IMG/VR virus record: IMGVR_UViG_3300012199_000001
Coordinates: 3,598-67,597 of that record
Reading direction: 5' to 3' (one strand)
DNA length: 64,000 nt
Source of the DNA: a virus
Of the stretch, positions 17,694-27,048 are shown in pieces. The position numbers and the translations under genes were made by a program. The notes beneath the pieces were generated by a model. It was given only the letters and a program-made list of their open reading frames with translations, was not told the DNA's origin and did no database searches. Every line of letters begins with the position of its first letter. Positions within the stretch are counted from its first letter, which is position 1.

Positions 17694-20600
17694 TCACGTC
17701 CTCCCTTGTGTGAAATCGAGGCCCGAAGCAATCAGTTTTGCCAGGCTGGCCTTCTTCGGTAGCTCTGAACATGTGACCTTGTACCACCAGAGTTGTGTAT
17801 CTCCGGTATGTTTCTTGAGCGTGCTTTCAACCTGAGTGATCAGAAACTGTCCATCCCAGATGCCTTGCTCCGGCAGGAAGATCGTCAACATCTGACCGAT
17901 AGCGAGACCATTACGTGTTGTGTCAAAGATGAGTGTGCGGCCCGCGTTGGCGTAGCGCGCAATCAGTTGGGTTGCTAGCGTCTGTGCCGCAGATAACGTG
18001 AGCCCCTGTCCGGTGTAGTCCTGCACATCCTCGATGATGCCACTACCACCTTCAATGGCCTTGCGTGCAATCTGCTCAGTCGTATCGTCAACGGTGACAT
18101 TGACCTCGTAGAATCCGGTGTAATTCGGGACCGAGAGCTGATCGCTGGATTGCAAGATAATCTGGCCCGCATCCTGCTCGATTACAGGATCGTTGAGGGC
18201 ATAGTAGTAACCTGATCCAGTTGTGCCCTTGAGTCCTACAGTCTGCGTGGTTCCGTTGAGGATGATCGTCGGAGCCGAAGCGATAGGATACCCGAGGGTA
18301 AATGTACGTGTGCTACCATCTCCAGTAAACAAGGCGCTTGAGACGATAGGGGCAAGGACACCCAGGAGGGTCTGCCGATTGCGGTAGAGATCGTTGGATA
18401 CGTCAAGCTCCAGATTGCTCGTGACCTCCAGATCAACTACATTGACGAGCCCTGCCGGTGCTGATTGGAGTATCCACGGTGCCGCAATCGCATTGATCCC
18501 GCCGAACACAAGGTTCCTGTTCTGATCAAAGTACCAACTGAAATTGCTCTGCTTCGCTACATCGTCAATGTTCTTGCTCACAAAGGAGGAGTTATAGGTA
18601 ACACTCGGGATTGTTACCCCTGGATTGATCTGGGGCGTGAATGCATAGGTTGTCAGATCCTGCACCTGCGGAGTCGCTGTAGGATCAGTGGTAGTCAGGG
18701 TGAGTTGTGTATACACAAATTGCCCTGTGACGATATCGCCTGATGGGTTCCCAGTCACTACATCCCCTTGCGGCGTCATCCAAAGTTGATAATACCTGCT
18801 ACCAACTGCCCCTCCGTTGTTATAGAACCCCATCTTCCCTGCGCTAAGCGGAGAGCCATCGGTATAGGTGAGCAACTGTACCCCATCTGCATAGACCGTA
18901 ATCACGCCTGCCAGCATGGAGACTCTGAACCTATGATAGGTACCTCTCGTGAAGGATGCTATGTAGCTGTTCGTGCTCACTCCTACCGTATAGGTGATAG
19001 GAGCTGTGGCGAGTTGTGTTTGCACGTTGGCTGCAACTTTGTAGAGTGTTATGGTATTAGGCGTCCCGGCGCTTGCCTGGGTATCGCCTATCAGGAGGTA
19101 GTAGAAGTTGTTGGCATCGATGTAGCGCCATACGAGCCCTCCTGCATCGCTCTGATCAGTGTCTGCGAAGAAGTCCACATCGGCACGAGAGAGGGCATTG
19201 GACACATAGAGGGCATTTGTGCCTCCTGTGGCAGTGACTCTGCTATTAGCAGTATCATAGGTCCATGCCGCAGCTACCCCGCCTGTCCTGAATGTGCTGG
19301 TATAGTTTGCGGCAGAATTTAACGCGAAGGTATCCACTGTAGGAGTAGGCTGAGAGTAGATCCCTGGCAGGCTTCCTCCGTTGTTAGAAGTTTCATCCGT
19401 CCAGTTGACTCCATCAGCACTCGTCTTTACCGTGAGCGTCGTGCTTGCAGGAGTGAGCGCATTCCAGGCGATTCCTGTCGCGCCCACTCTCGGCACGAGA
19501 GTGGCAAGCGATAATGCAGGATCAGGGAATTGGGTTGCTCGGAAGTGATCGAATGATGTCGTACCTGTACCACTAGTATAGAGTGCTAGTTTCCCGCTAG
19601 CAAGCCTGGGGCTCATCAAGAGCACTCTGCATTGTAGCGCCTTTGTGACCGATGGCGGAAAGACCCTTGCCCTGATTTGCAGCGAAACTGACTTCGTTGT
19701 ACGCACAAGGAACCGAAGCTGAAGCGATTTTGTGGATTTTGTAACAATCCTTGCCCTTGCCTGAAGGACCCTGGTTGCTGTCACCCGCATGGCAACACGT
19801 GCCTGAAGCGTAAGGGATCTCGTTACTCGCTCTAGAAATCGGACCTGTACAGATTTCGATAACTTCGTGCTTATTCGCGCCCTTGCCTGAAGGACCCTGG
19901 TTGCCAGCACACGAAGCAGTATGCGAGCACTCAGTGTTCTGACGTAGGCAATCATCTTTAGGCGAACCTGCAAAATCAGGGTCCTCTGTACCCGAATAAG
20001 TGCTCTTGCAGGCAACGTTTTTGTAACCTGCGTTCGTTCAACAAAGCGAAAAACAAGCGATTTGGTAGTGGATACCTTCTGCAAGACAAAACGAGAAACA
20101 AGCGTGACCGTGTTCGTAACACGTATCCTGGTGCGGGACTGAAGAACCTTTGTGACCTGTGTGCGTTCGAGGAAGCGCGCCCCCAAGGACTTGCTAAGCT
20201 TCGTTGCTATATTCGCCCTGGATTGCAGTACTTTGACCGGGGCTTGTACCCTCTCAACAAATCGAGACTGAAGGGACTTTGTAGCAGTTACTCTCTCTAC
20301 GAAGCGCGAGACAAGCGTTTTGCTCACGGTCACACGTTCGAGGAAGCGTGTTCCCAAAGACTTGCTGAGCTTCGTTGCAATCCTTGTGCGGGCCACCAGG
20401 GTTTTTGTTGCCTGCACACTCTCGACAAAACGGGTCTGTAGCGTTTTTGAGACCTTCGCGATTTGCAGAACAAAGCGGATTCCCAGTGTCTTCGTGACGA
20501 TAGTAGGCAATGCATCAGCCATGAGCGGAGCTGAAAGCACGACCCAGGTGTCACTTGCGCCAAGTGTCCAGTTTGTAGCGGTACTAGAGAAGATACCTGG

Positions 20601-21161
20601 GGCATCTCCCATCGCGCCATCGTCAGAGGTTGCATCAGCCCAGCGTAGAGTCATGCCTGTCCCGGCTGAGAATGCGCCTGCCCCACCATCGCCACCCATC
20701 GAGACCATTACCATTGAGGAGTCCGTATTGGCAACAGTGACGGTTGCAGCAGTGCCTGTTCCAGTCGCACTATTGGAAGGGCCGAATGGATTGGCTAATT
20801 GACTGGCATTCGAGTAGGAGATCGCGCCCGCTGCAACTGGGGTTGATGCCGATTGACTGACAACGATAGCATGCGTCCCTGTGGATGGAGCAACACGATA
20901 CCATAGCTCAACACGCGCACTCCCATTGGTTGCATTCGATATCTTGGTGAGCGCCTCTGAAGTATTCCAGGTAACGCCGGTCACAGTCGTTGTCGCACTA
21001 CTAACAAGCACGCCAACGACGAGCACGCGGTTATTGCCTGTACCCATCACATGGTTCCAGGTGATAGAGGCCGCAGTGACCGTTGTGCCCTTCGAGAACG
21101 CATCGAAAAGCGGGGGAAGAGGCGTTGTCCCGGTGAAAGGACGGATATTCCATCTAGGCAT
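17694..21161 (-). CDS. Tail protein: N-terminal beta domain, basic 14-aa repeats, lectin-like domain and C-terminal half of tail-tip hub
   Basis: C-terminus has NIDDVAKQSNFSWYFDQNRNLVF..YRNRQ..GLAIGQMLTI..FLITQV hub-like motifs. Confidence 0.8.
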   Translation of the reverse strand: MPRWNIRPFTGTTPLPPLFDAFSKGTTVTAASITWNHVMGTGNNRVLVVGVLVSSATTTVTGVTWNTSEALTKISNATNGSARVELWYRVAPSTGTHAIVVSQSASTPVAAGAISYSNASQLANPFGPSNSATGTGTAATVTVANTDSSMVMVSMGGDGGAGAFSAGTGMTLRWADATSDDGAMGDAPGIFSSTATNWTLGASDTWVVLSAPLMADALPTIVTKTLGIRFVLQIAKVSKTLQTRFVESVQATKTLVARTRIATKLSKSLGTRFLERVTVSKTLVSRFVERVTATKSLQSRFVERVQAPVKVLQSRANIATKLSKSLGARFLERTQVTKVLQSRTRIRVTNTVTLVSRFVLQKVSTTKSLVFRFVERTQVTKTLPARALIRVQRTLILQVRLKMIAYVRTLSARILLRVLATRVLQARARISTKLSKSVQVRFLERVTRSLTLQARVAMRVTATRVLQARARIVTKSTKSLQLRFLVRTTKSVSLQIRARVFPPSVTKALQCRVLLMSPRLASGKLALYTSGTGTTSFDHFRATQFPDPALSLATLVPRVGATGIAWNALTPASTTLTVKTSADGVNWTDETSNNGGSLPGIYSQPTPTVDTFALNSAANYTSTFRTGGVAAAWTYDTANSRVTATGGTNALYVSNALSRADVDFFADTDQSDAGGLVWRYIDANNFYYLLIGDTQASAGTPNTITLYKVAANVQTQLATAPITYTVGVSTNSYIASFTRGTYHRFRVSMLAGVITVYADGVQLLTYTDGSPLSAGKMGFYNNGGAVGSRYYQLWMTPQGDVVTGNPSGDIVTGQFVYTQLTLTTTDPTATPQVQDLTTYAFTPQINPGVTIPSVTYNSSFVSKNIDDVAKQSNFSWYFDQNRNLVFGGINAIAAPWILQSAPAGLVNVVDLEVTSNLELDVSNDLYRNRQTLLGVLAPIVSSALFTGDGSTRTFTLGYPIASAPTIILNGTTQTVGLKGTTGSGYYYALNDPVIEQDAGQIILQSSDQLSVPNYTGFYEVNVTVDDTTEQIARKAIEGGSGIIEDVQDYTGQGLTLSAAQTLATQLIARYANAGRTLIFDTTRNGLAIGQMLTIFLPEQGIWDGQFLITQVESTLKKHTGDTQLWWYKVTCSELPKKASLAKLIASGLDFTQGRT
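19620..20502 (-). repeat. About 20 tandem ~14-aa basic repeats (TKxLxxRFxxRVxx)
   Basis: e.g. SKTLQTRFVESVQA / TKTLVARTRIATKL / SKSLGTRFLERVTV. Confidence 0.85.
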
Positions 21162-21196
21162 TATTCGTCCTTTCTCGGCACGCTATCCATGCAGTG

Positions 21197-21694
21197 CTAC
21201 TTCCCAACTATTGACGCACTAAAGGTAAACGAAGGTGAGGTGCCTGTAACGACCCAGCGTAACCGGATGGTATTTCCCAGAGATTGCGCAATAACACAGC
21301 CTGAACCAATCGAGGTACTTGTCTGACTCACAACTGTTATTGCGGCGTTGGTCTGCCATAGGGGGTAGTAAATACCGTCAAGCCCTTTTCGATCAACGAA
21401 CAGCGTAAGCGTAGGTGCCGTACCGCTAACGACAGTAATGTTGACATCGACGCTTACCTCCGTATAAGGACCTACTGCAAGATCAGCACTATTCCCGTTG
21501 GCAGTCTGCGCCGCGCTAGCCTGGTTAAGCACTGTGCCAGGAGCACGGTGTAGCGTGAGTGGCGCAGAGACGTTACTTGAGCCATCAGTGTTAGTGATCG
21601 ATGATGACTGTGCTGCCGTAAGCCCTGTGCCTGGCACATACCCCTGTGCGATAGGGATGCTGCCGGAGTCCTTGACTGATGCCCCAAATGCCAT
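21197..21694 (-). CDS. Virion structural beta-sandwich protein
   Basis: Thr/Ser/Gly-rich; ends IRLRWVVTGTSPSFTFSASIVGK. Confidence 0.7.
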   Translation of the reverse strand: MAFGASVKDSGSIPIAQGYVPGTGLTAAQSSSITNTDGSSNVSAPLTLHRAPGTVLNQASAAQTANGNSADLAVGPYTEVSVDVNITVVSGTAPTLTLFVDRKGLDGIYYPLWQTNAAITVVSQTSTSIGSGCVIAQSLGNTIRLRWVVTGTSPSFTFSASIVGK

Positions 21695-21722
21695 AACGTC
21701 TCTCCCTTGTTACTATATGAGA

Positions 21723-22106
21723 CTACTTGCCTATGATGGAGAGATTGAAATCGACAGTAATGCCGTTCGCATTTGTCATCATGATTTTGACATGATCTCC
21801 AAATGACCACTGATTGATGGCTGCGCCGTAGCTCTTGTTAAACGCCCCTGTTGCAGGTGCTCCCGCGCCCCAGTCGCAATAAAGCATGGGCACGGGCTCA
21901 AGGAGGAGGCAGTTATTCCCGTTTGCATCTACCCGGTAAACCTGAAAGGAGAATGTGTAGTACCCGTTCGAGTCAACTGTCCCGCCTGTTGCAGCGGTTA
22001 CCCACATATCAATGGCTAATTCTGTAAGATCTCCTACCGCAAGACTTGCCGTGCTATAGGATGTAAGACCGCTTTGTGTTGTCGATAAAACAGTGCGAGC
22101 TGCCAT
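21723..22106 (-). CDS. Virion structural protein, paralog of 21197-21694
   Basis: LAVGDLTELAIDMWVT..FNLSIIGK matches LAVGPYTEVSVDVNIT..FSASIVGK. Confidence 0.7.
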   Translation of the reverse strand: MAARTVLSTTQSGLTSYSTASLAVGDLTELAIDMWVTAATGGTVDSNGYYTFSFQVYRVDANGNNCLLLEPVPMLYCDWGAGAPATGAFNKSYGAAINQWSFGDHVKIMMTNANGITVDFNLSIIGK

Positions 22107-22127
22107 GAATGCACCCCGTATCTTTCT

Positions 22128-23465
22128 CTACTCTTCGCTAAATTCAACATATACATTAAATGACCCAGAAGCGCCAAGAAGCGCTCCTGATAGAATTGCT
22201 ATATATTGCGTTGTCCCACGTAATGTAGGCGCTTGCCCTGGTCGAACCCCGAACTCCCAGTCGATGTCTTCGCCTGATGTTGTCGCGGTTGCGTTACAGT
22301 AGAGTTTCTGCGTTCTCAAGTTTCCGACCAGTGTCCCGGCTGTTGGGGCAACTGTGTAGGTAGACGCAACCGCTGTTCCGGCAGCGTTTGTACTATCGTG
22401 AGGAGTGATTGTTGGCGCAGTCCCCGTTGTCCCGCCTGAAGGCGCGGCAGACCATTTCGCGAGGGATACATCCACGGTAATGCTTGTGCCTGCCGTTCCG
22501 CTTACATGGACTCTCAGGATACGAATGGTTTTTGTTGCGCTCCCTTGCAGAACAAATATTGTCCCAGTTGTTGTAATCTGAGCAATGTTTGTCGCAGATG
22601 CAGAGTAGGTTGGTTTCGCACCGTCGTTCGAGGGAGTTGTCTGCACGCTTCCCCCAGCCGTGACGGTGGCCTGTCGCCAGGGATACACTCCATCGGAGAT
22701 CTGAAAGCTGTTTTTTGCGGTGTCAGCTAACGTGACCGTGTTAACGGTAAGCACACCGCTAGAGGCAGGCGCAGATGAACCTGCAATTGCGGTAAACTTG
22801 ATTGGCAGGATATTAACATCAGGGCCGTTAGCTCCGGTAAGCGTTGAGGCAACAACATTGTCCTGGTTGTCAATACACCAGTAGATGTTGTCTCCTTTAT
22901 AGTAGATGAAGTACTTGTGGACGTTGGCATCCTGCGGCTGCTTGCTATTGCCAGTTGAGGTAGACAGGTCCTGCACCGCAACACGTGCGCCTGACTGGTA
23001 CGTGACGGCAATCATCTTGCCTGCCGTCGTGACCTCGTACCCGCAGGCATTGGTGAGTGGGGCCGCAGCCGTTGGAGATCCAGGCGAAGTTCCGAGACCC
23101 CAGAAAAAATACTGGTTGACGAGGATAGGGAAGGCAAGATTGATGCCAGTGTAGAACATGAGCCAGCCAGGGTTTACAGGCGCAAAGGTTGCTACGCTCT
23201 CCAAATAGGAGTACCCCGAAATCGTAGTGCCAGTGCCCAACTGTGTATTTGTAAGAGCATTTGACGCAGCCACGCCTCCTCCCGAGGCCGTTGGGGCCTT
23301 CCACCTATTGGTGATATCCAATGTGGCTGTGTCAAAGCCATCCTGAAAGAGCTGTGTTGGCTCTAGCGCAACACGCGCATAGCCTGGTGCAAACACGGTT
23401 GTTCCAAAGTTGGACCCAGGATCAACGAGACTAAATGGGCTAGGGGTCTGTGATGGGACTGGCAT
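22128..23465 (-). CDS. Putative tail fibre/virion protein with ConA/LamG-like domain
   Basis: Thr/Gly-rich beta protein; HKYFIYYKGDNIYWCID lectin-like motif. Confidence 0.65.
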   Translation of the reverse strand: MPVPSQTPSPFSLVDPGSNFGTTVFAPGYARVALEPTQLFQDGFDTATLDITNRWKAPTASGGGVAASNALTNTQLGTGTTISGYSYLESVATFAPVNPGWLMFYTGINLAFPILVNQYFFWGLGTSPGSPTAAAPLTNACGYEVTTAGKMIAVTYQSGARVAVQDLSTSTGNSKQPQDANVHKYFIYYKGDNIYWCIDNQDNVVASTLTGANGPDVNILPIKFTAIAGSSAPASSGVLTVNTVTLADTAKNSFQISDGVYPWRQATVTAGGSVQTTPSNDGAKPTYSASATNIAQITTTGTIFVLQGSATKTIRILRVHVSGTAGTSITVDVSLAKWSAAPSGGTTGTAPTITPHDSTNAAGTAVASTYTVAPTAGTLVGNLRTQKLYCNATATTSGEDIDWEFGVRPGQAPTLRGTTQYIAILSGALLGASGSFNVYVEFSEE

Positions 23466-23471
23466 AAGAAA

Positions 23472-23519
23472 AGGCCATCCTTTCTTAAAGATGGCCTGCG
23501 CCTCTGGGGCTGTGGCTCT
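23472..23519 (-). promoter_or_regulatory. Conserved late-gene leader motif, copy A, with SD-overlapping hairpin
   Basis: AGAGCCACAGCCCCAGAGGCGCAGGCCATC..GATGGCCT-TTTC-TT-ATG; TATAAT ~30 nt upstream. Confidence 0.6.
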
Positions 23520-23580
23520 ATAGATGATGATATCTTATTCTGCTGCTATTATACGACGTGTGAGAAGGAGAGGTCGTATG

Positions 23581-24090
23581 TTAGGAGAGGCGTACTCCTA
23601 CCACTTCCAGGCTAATTGCTCCCACATCAGTCACACCTTCCCTCCACCGCTTAAAGCCAAGAACAGTTGTCTTGTGATCAATGTATAACTTCTGTTCTAG
23701 TCCATCCCATATGACTGCTGTGCAATCCCCCGTTTCCTTATTGTCCACACGCCCAATGATCTGCGCGGTGGTGAAGCGTTCACTACCAAAAAGGGAGGAG
23801 AAGCCTCGGTGCAGTTGAAATGCAGTATATGGCTCAGAGACAAGCAGGTGAGCATGCCCTTGTGGAGTACAGAGAATGAGCTCCTTTATATGGGCAACAT
23901 CACCAGTTGCGGTAAGATCCTCTAGCCACTCTATCTTGCGCCTGCGTGCAACTATCTTGCCGGTTCTAGGATGCATAGTGTGCTCAACCTTCGTCCCCAG
24001 TTCAGAGACTTCTTTTCCCGATGTAAGCAGCACCTTCCAATAAGATTGGCCGGTAAAAATGGTTTTCGCAACAGGCAGGATGATATTCAC
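23581..24090 (-). CDS. Hypothetical protein
   Basis: GAGGAG SD, GTG start. Confidence 0.75.
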   Translation of the reverse strand: MNIILPVAKTIFTGQSYWKVLLTSGKEVSELGTKVEHTMHPRTGKIVARRRKIEWLEDLTATGDVAHIKELILCTPQGHAHLLVSEPYTAFQLHRGFSSLFGSERFTTAQIIGRVDNKETGDCTAVIWDGLEQKLYIDHKTTVLGFKRWREGVTDVGAISLEVVGVRLS

Positions 24091-24140
24091 TATGGTATAC
24101 TCCTCCTACTATATGAGTCTGAGAAAGCCGGAGGAACACG

Positions 24141-24374
24141 ATGCCGGACGATCAAAAGATTTCCCGCTACCTGATATGGAGTATGCTCGGATATATACCA
24201 GATCCGTGTCCTGAGTACTGGGAGGAGCTGACACAATTGGTAGCTGAACAGCACGAAAGGGATAGCAAAACGACGAGCTATATCAAAGGCAAGTGGAACA
24301 ACAAGTTTCCTCTCACCTCTCTGCTGGATGAGAGAAAGCAGCAGAAGAAGCCTGAAGAAAGCAGCGACAAATAA
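24141..24374 (+). CDS. Small hypothetical protein
   Basis: GGAGG SD; precedes the tRNAs on the same strand. Confidence 0.6.
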   Translation: MPDDQKISRYLIWSMLGYIPDPCPEYWEELTQLVAEQHERDSKTTSYIKGKWNNKFPLTSLLDERKQQKKPEESSDK

Positions 24375-24418
24375 CCTGCAAGGTTGCTCTAGAAACAGCT
24401 TCATGTTAAACTGTGCAA

Positions 24419-24499
24419 GGTAGTGACGCCAACGGTGGTAAACTGTCTTGAAAACAGTGGGGTATAACAGCCTAGCGGGTTCGACTCCTGTCACTACCG
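24419..24499 (+). tRNA. tRNA-Ser (anticodon UGA), atypical D arm, no encoded CCA
   Basis: Acceptor GGTAGTG/CACTACC+G; anticodon arm ACTGT-CTTGAAA-ACAGT; long variable arm; T arm GCGGG-TTCGACT-CCTGT. Confidence 0.85.
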
Positions 24500-24507
24500 C
24501 TTCATCT

Positions 24508-24591
24508 GGTAGGCATGCAGAGCGGCTTATGCAGCAGACTGCTAATCTGTAAAGGATAACACCTTGGTTGGTTCGACTCCAACGCCTACCG
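24508..24591 (+). tRNA. tRNA-Ser (anticodon GCU), no encoded CCA
   Basis: Acceptor GGTAGGC/GCCTACC+G; anticodon arm GCAGA-CTGCTAA-TCTGT; long variable arm; T arm GTTGG-TTCGACT-CCAAC. Confidence 0.88.
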
Positions 24592-24649
24592 TTTCCACTT
24601 CTACATCCTCTAAACAGAAGAGATAAACAAGCGCAAAATAGTCCATAAA

Positions 24650-24678
24650 CTTGCCTGGGGAGCCGTATTGTGGTACAA
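24650..24678 (+). promoter_or_regulatory. Promoter for the HNH gene
   Basis: TTGCCT-17bp-TACAAT with extended -10 TG. Confidence 0.65.
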
Positions 24679-24761
24679 TAGAGGTAGAGATTATTGTCGG
24701 TCTGGAGGGTGTTGATAGCGCCCCCCAAACCTAAATCGCAGCCTGATTGGAGGCCATGATT

Positions 24762-25628
24762 ATGTTTGAATTCTACCATAACGAGCGATCCCCTGCGTCC
24801 AAACTTTGCGCTAAATGCAAAGCGACAAAGCCTCTCGATGAGTATTCCCAACGAAAAGACGGCAAACATGAAGCACGTTGTAAGGAGTGCATACGAGAAG
24901 CTGACAGAGAACGGAACCATAAACGCCGTCCGCGAAAGACACCCATTCTTCCAAAGTCCACCAAAGAGGGATATAAGATATGCAACACATGCTTGATCGA
25001 AAAATCCCACAATGAGTTTTCCCCTGATTCTGCTCAGAAGGATGGCTATACTGGACGTTGCAAGGAATGTAGGGGCAATCGTTATCAATCGCTGCCAGAA
25101 GAAGAAAAAGAACGTATTCGCAGGCAGGATGTAGAAAGCCGCAGGCCACGAAAAGAACTGATTAATGCTCGTGATCGTCTGCGCCATAATACTGATGAAC
25201 ACAATGCAAAGCGAAGAGAGCAGATGGCGCGGAAAAAGGCTACTGATGATAATTTTCAAGAAGCCGTGCGTCAGGCTCAAACCGAGTGGAGAAAGAATAA
25301 TCCTCTGTATACTCGCGAATCTAATCGTCGTCACAAGATTAGGCAAAAAACAGCGAGGTCTGGTGGACGTATAAGCTATAAGCGCATTCTTGAGCGAGAT
25401 GGCTACTTTTGCTATATCTGTGAGAAGGATATAGATTCGACTATTAAATCTAGCGATCCTGCTGGCCTTGTCTTCGATCACAAAATACCTCTTCACCCAA
25501 GAAAGGGTGAGCCTAAAGGGGAGCATACGCTTGACAATATTCATCCCGCACATAAATTGTGCAATGAAAGAAAGTTGAACAGGCAATTCGATAACCTACC
25601 AGCATGGGATCGCAGAGGGGTTGATTGA
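24762..25628 (+). CDS. Free-standing HNH endonuclease with two N-terminal zinc-finger repeats
   Basis: CxxC..K..EY/F..DG..RCKEC twice; RDGYFCYIC..FDHKIPL..GEHTLDNIHPAHKLCNERK. Confidence 0.92.
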   Translation: MFEFYHNERSPASKLCAKCKATKPLDEYSQRKDGKHEARCKECIREADRERNHKRRPRKTPILPKSTKEGYKICNTCLIEKSHNEFSPDSAQKDGYTGRCKECRGNRYQSLPEEEKERIRRQDVESRRPRKELINARDRLRHNTDEHNAKRREQMARKKATDDNFQEAVRQAQTEWRKNNPLYTRESNRRHKIRQKTARSGGRISYKRILERDGYFCYICEKDIDSTIKSSDPAGLVFDHKIPLHPRKGEPKGEHTLDNIHPAHKLCNERKLNRQFDNLPAWDRRGVD

Positions 25629-25662
25629 ATTTCCCCTTTGCGACTCATGCATGTTATAACCG

Positions 25663-26912
25663 TCAAACCCATTGATACTGGAAACCTAGTCATGCTTGTT
25701 GCTCACCTATTGCTAGGCGGGGTCTGTGATTTCTCCAGACCTCCCTGGTTTCTTTTTACGCTATAGCCAGGGATCGGAACATATCTTCGCTTTCGCGCCT
25801 GCGTGTGTTCTCTACGGACTCCGCGCCTTTCGGGTTGGTTGCCTCGGTATTGTCCTTGCGTTAGGAGTTTCACCGATATAGCAGGTTCTTCGAGAGAGCT
25901 TGTTAAGACTCTCAAGCGGCAATCAGTTTACCGGCAGTAATGTACCCATTTTGTTACTCGCTACTACTAGCGGGGCAGATTGTTTCCACCTGCCTCTCTG
26001 GTTTCTTTGCTAGGTTATCGCCAGAGTTCGGACTATGACATCGCTTTCGCGTCTCGCGTTTAGTCTCTACGGTGTCCTCCCCTATTCAGGCTTGGTTCCC
26101 TCGGCGTTGTCTTCCTCAAGAGTTTCACCGATACAGCGAGATTTGCAAATTATGCAGCTTTACTACATAACTGGGGCAATACATTTAATACCCGTCATTC
26201 CAGGCCCCGTGTACCAGGCCATGACAGTATACCAAAAGCCCGCTGTTACGGCTTTTGGTATCGCCACACTCTGTATATATCCGGTTGCGGCCTGCAATTG
26301 TTGCCAGGTTGCCATCCAGGAAGCGGCAGTTGTGTTTGCGGCAGCGGCAGTACCCGTTGTAACTGCAAGGGTCCCGGCTGCATTGGCTGCTGGCGTCTCC
26401 TGAGTGCCTGCTGCATTCACCCCAGACCCGTAGGCATTGGCTTTAATGTAGCTTGTAACAGGGGCTGTTCCGGTATCAGGGTTTGCGCCATTGACGAACG
26501 AGGTGCCATCACCACCTGCACCTGCACTTGGCTGAGTACCAGGAGAGGCGGCAGGCAGCGTGTTATCCTTCCAAGCTGAGAGGATATTGGCTGCGGCAAA
26601 TGTGCCGGTTGCGTCCCAGTTTATACGCCATTGCATGTAATGCGCCGATGTGCCGTCATATGCAGCAACCTTCACGCCGCCTGAAGCGTCAGCGCCGAAG
26701 TAGCCCCACATCTCGGGAATCGTTGATGTGCTTCCTGGACGCAGGAAAGTGGGCCATGAGGCCGACGCAATACTTGCGCCTCCCGCTCCTGTACCACACA
26801 GGCGAAGCTCGTAATTTGCAGTCGCGAACAACATGTCTGTCCATGTCGGTGTTGCGTCAGGTGTACTTGATGCCGTATTTACTTGCGACTTGATGAGTGT
26901 GAAATCGCTGAT
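25663..26912 (-). CDS. Intron-split virion structural protein (exons 26912-26190, 25946-25930, 25690-25663; about 255 aa)
   Basis: Removing both introns gives an in-frame C-terminus ..GPGMTG-GTLLPV-LGFQYQWV*; SD-supported start appears to be ATC at 26912. Confidence 0.82.
25691..25929 (-). mobile_element. Group I self-splicing intron 2 (239 nt, ORF-less)
   Basis: Exon ends in U, intron ends in G; P1 CGGU/GCCG; P3 CCUGC/GCAGG; P4 UCGGUG/UACCGA; P7 GAACA/UGUUC; P8 CGC-GAAA-GCG. Confidence 0.88.
25947..26189 (-). mobile_element. Group I self-splicing intron 1 (243 nt, ORF-less)
   Basis: Exon ends in U, intron ends in G; P1 GGGU/GCCC; P10 AAUGUAUU pairs with 3' exon GGUACAUU; P3 UCUCGC/GCGAGA; P7 GACUA/UAGUC; R-like CCGUAGAGACUA and S-like CAUAGUCC. 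Confidence 0.9.
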
Positions 26913-27048
26913 TTTGGGTACCTCTTTCTCTGTGTGAACTGGCTTTATAAGCCGATTTATGTTATAATAAACAGGACAATAAAATACCTCGGCGAGTGCG
27001 CTAACACTCCCGAGGCGTGACGATAAGATCAGTAAAGGAAACCTTACC

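Noticed and set aside
24419-24499. Possible selenocysteine or suppressor tRNA (TGA in the loop, odd D arm)
   Set aside because: Anticodon UGA decodes UCA (Ser); tRNA-Sec needs anticodon UCA and a longer acceptor stem
24090-25586. 498-aa minus-strand ORF
   Set aside because: Antisense to a clear HNH gene, two tRNAs and a small ORF; no recognisable motifs; treated as a shadow ORF
25703-26403. Short ORFs 25703-25915 and 26035-26403
   Set aside because: They lie within or antisense to the group I introns and host exon; no endonuclease motifs
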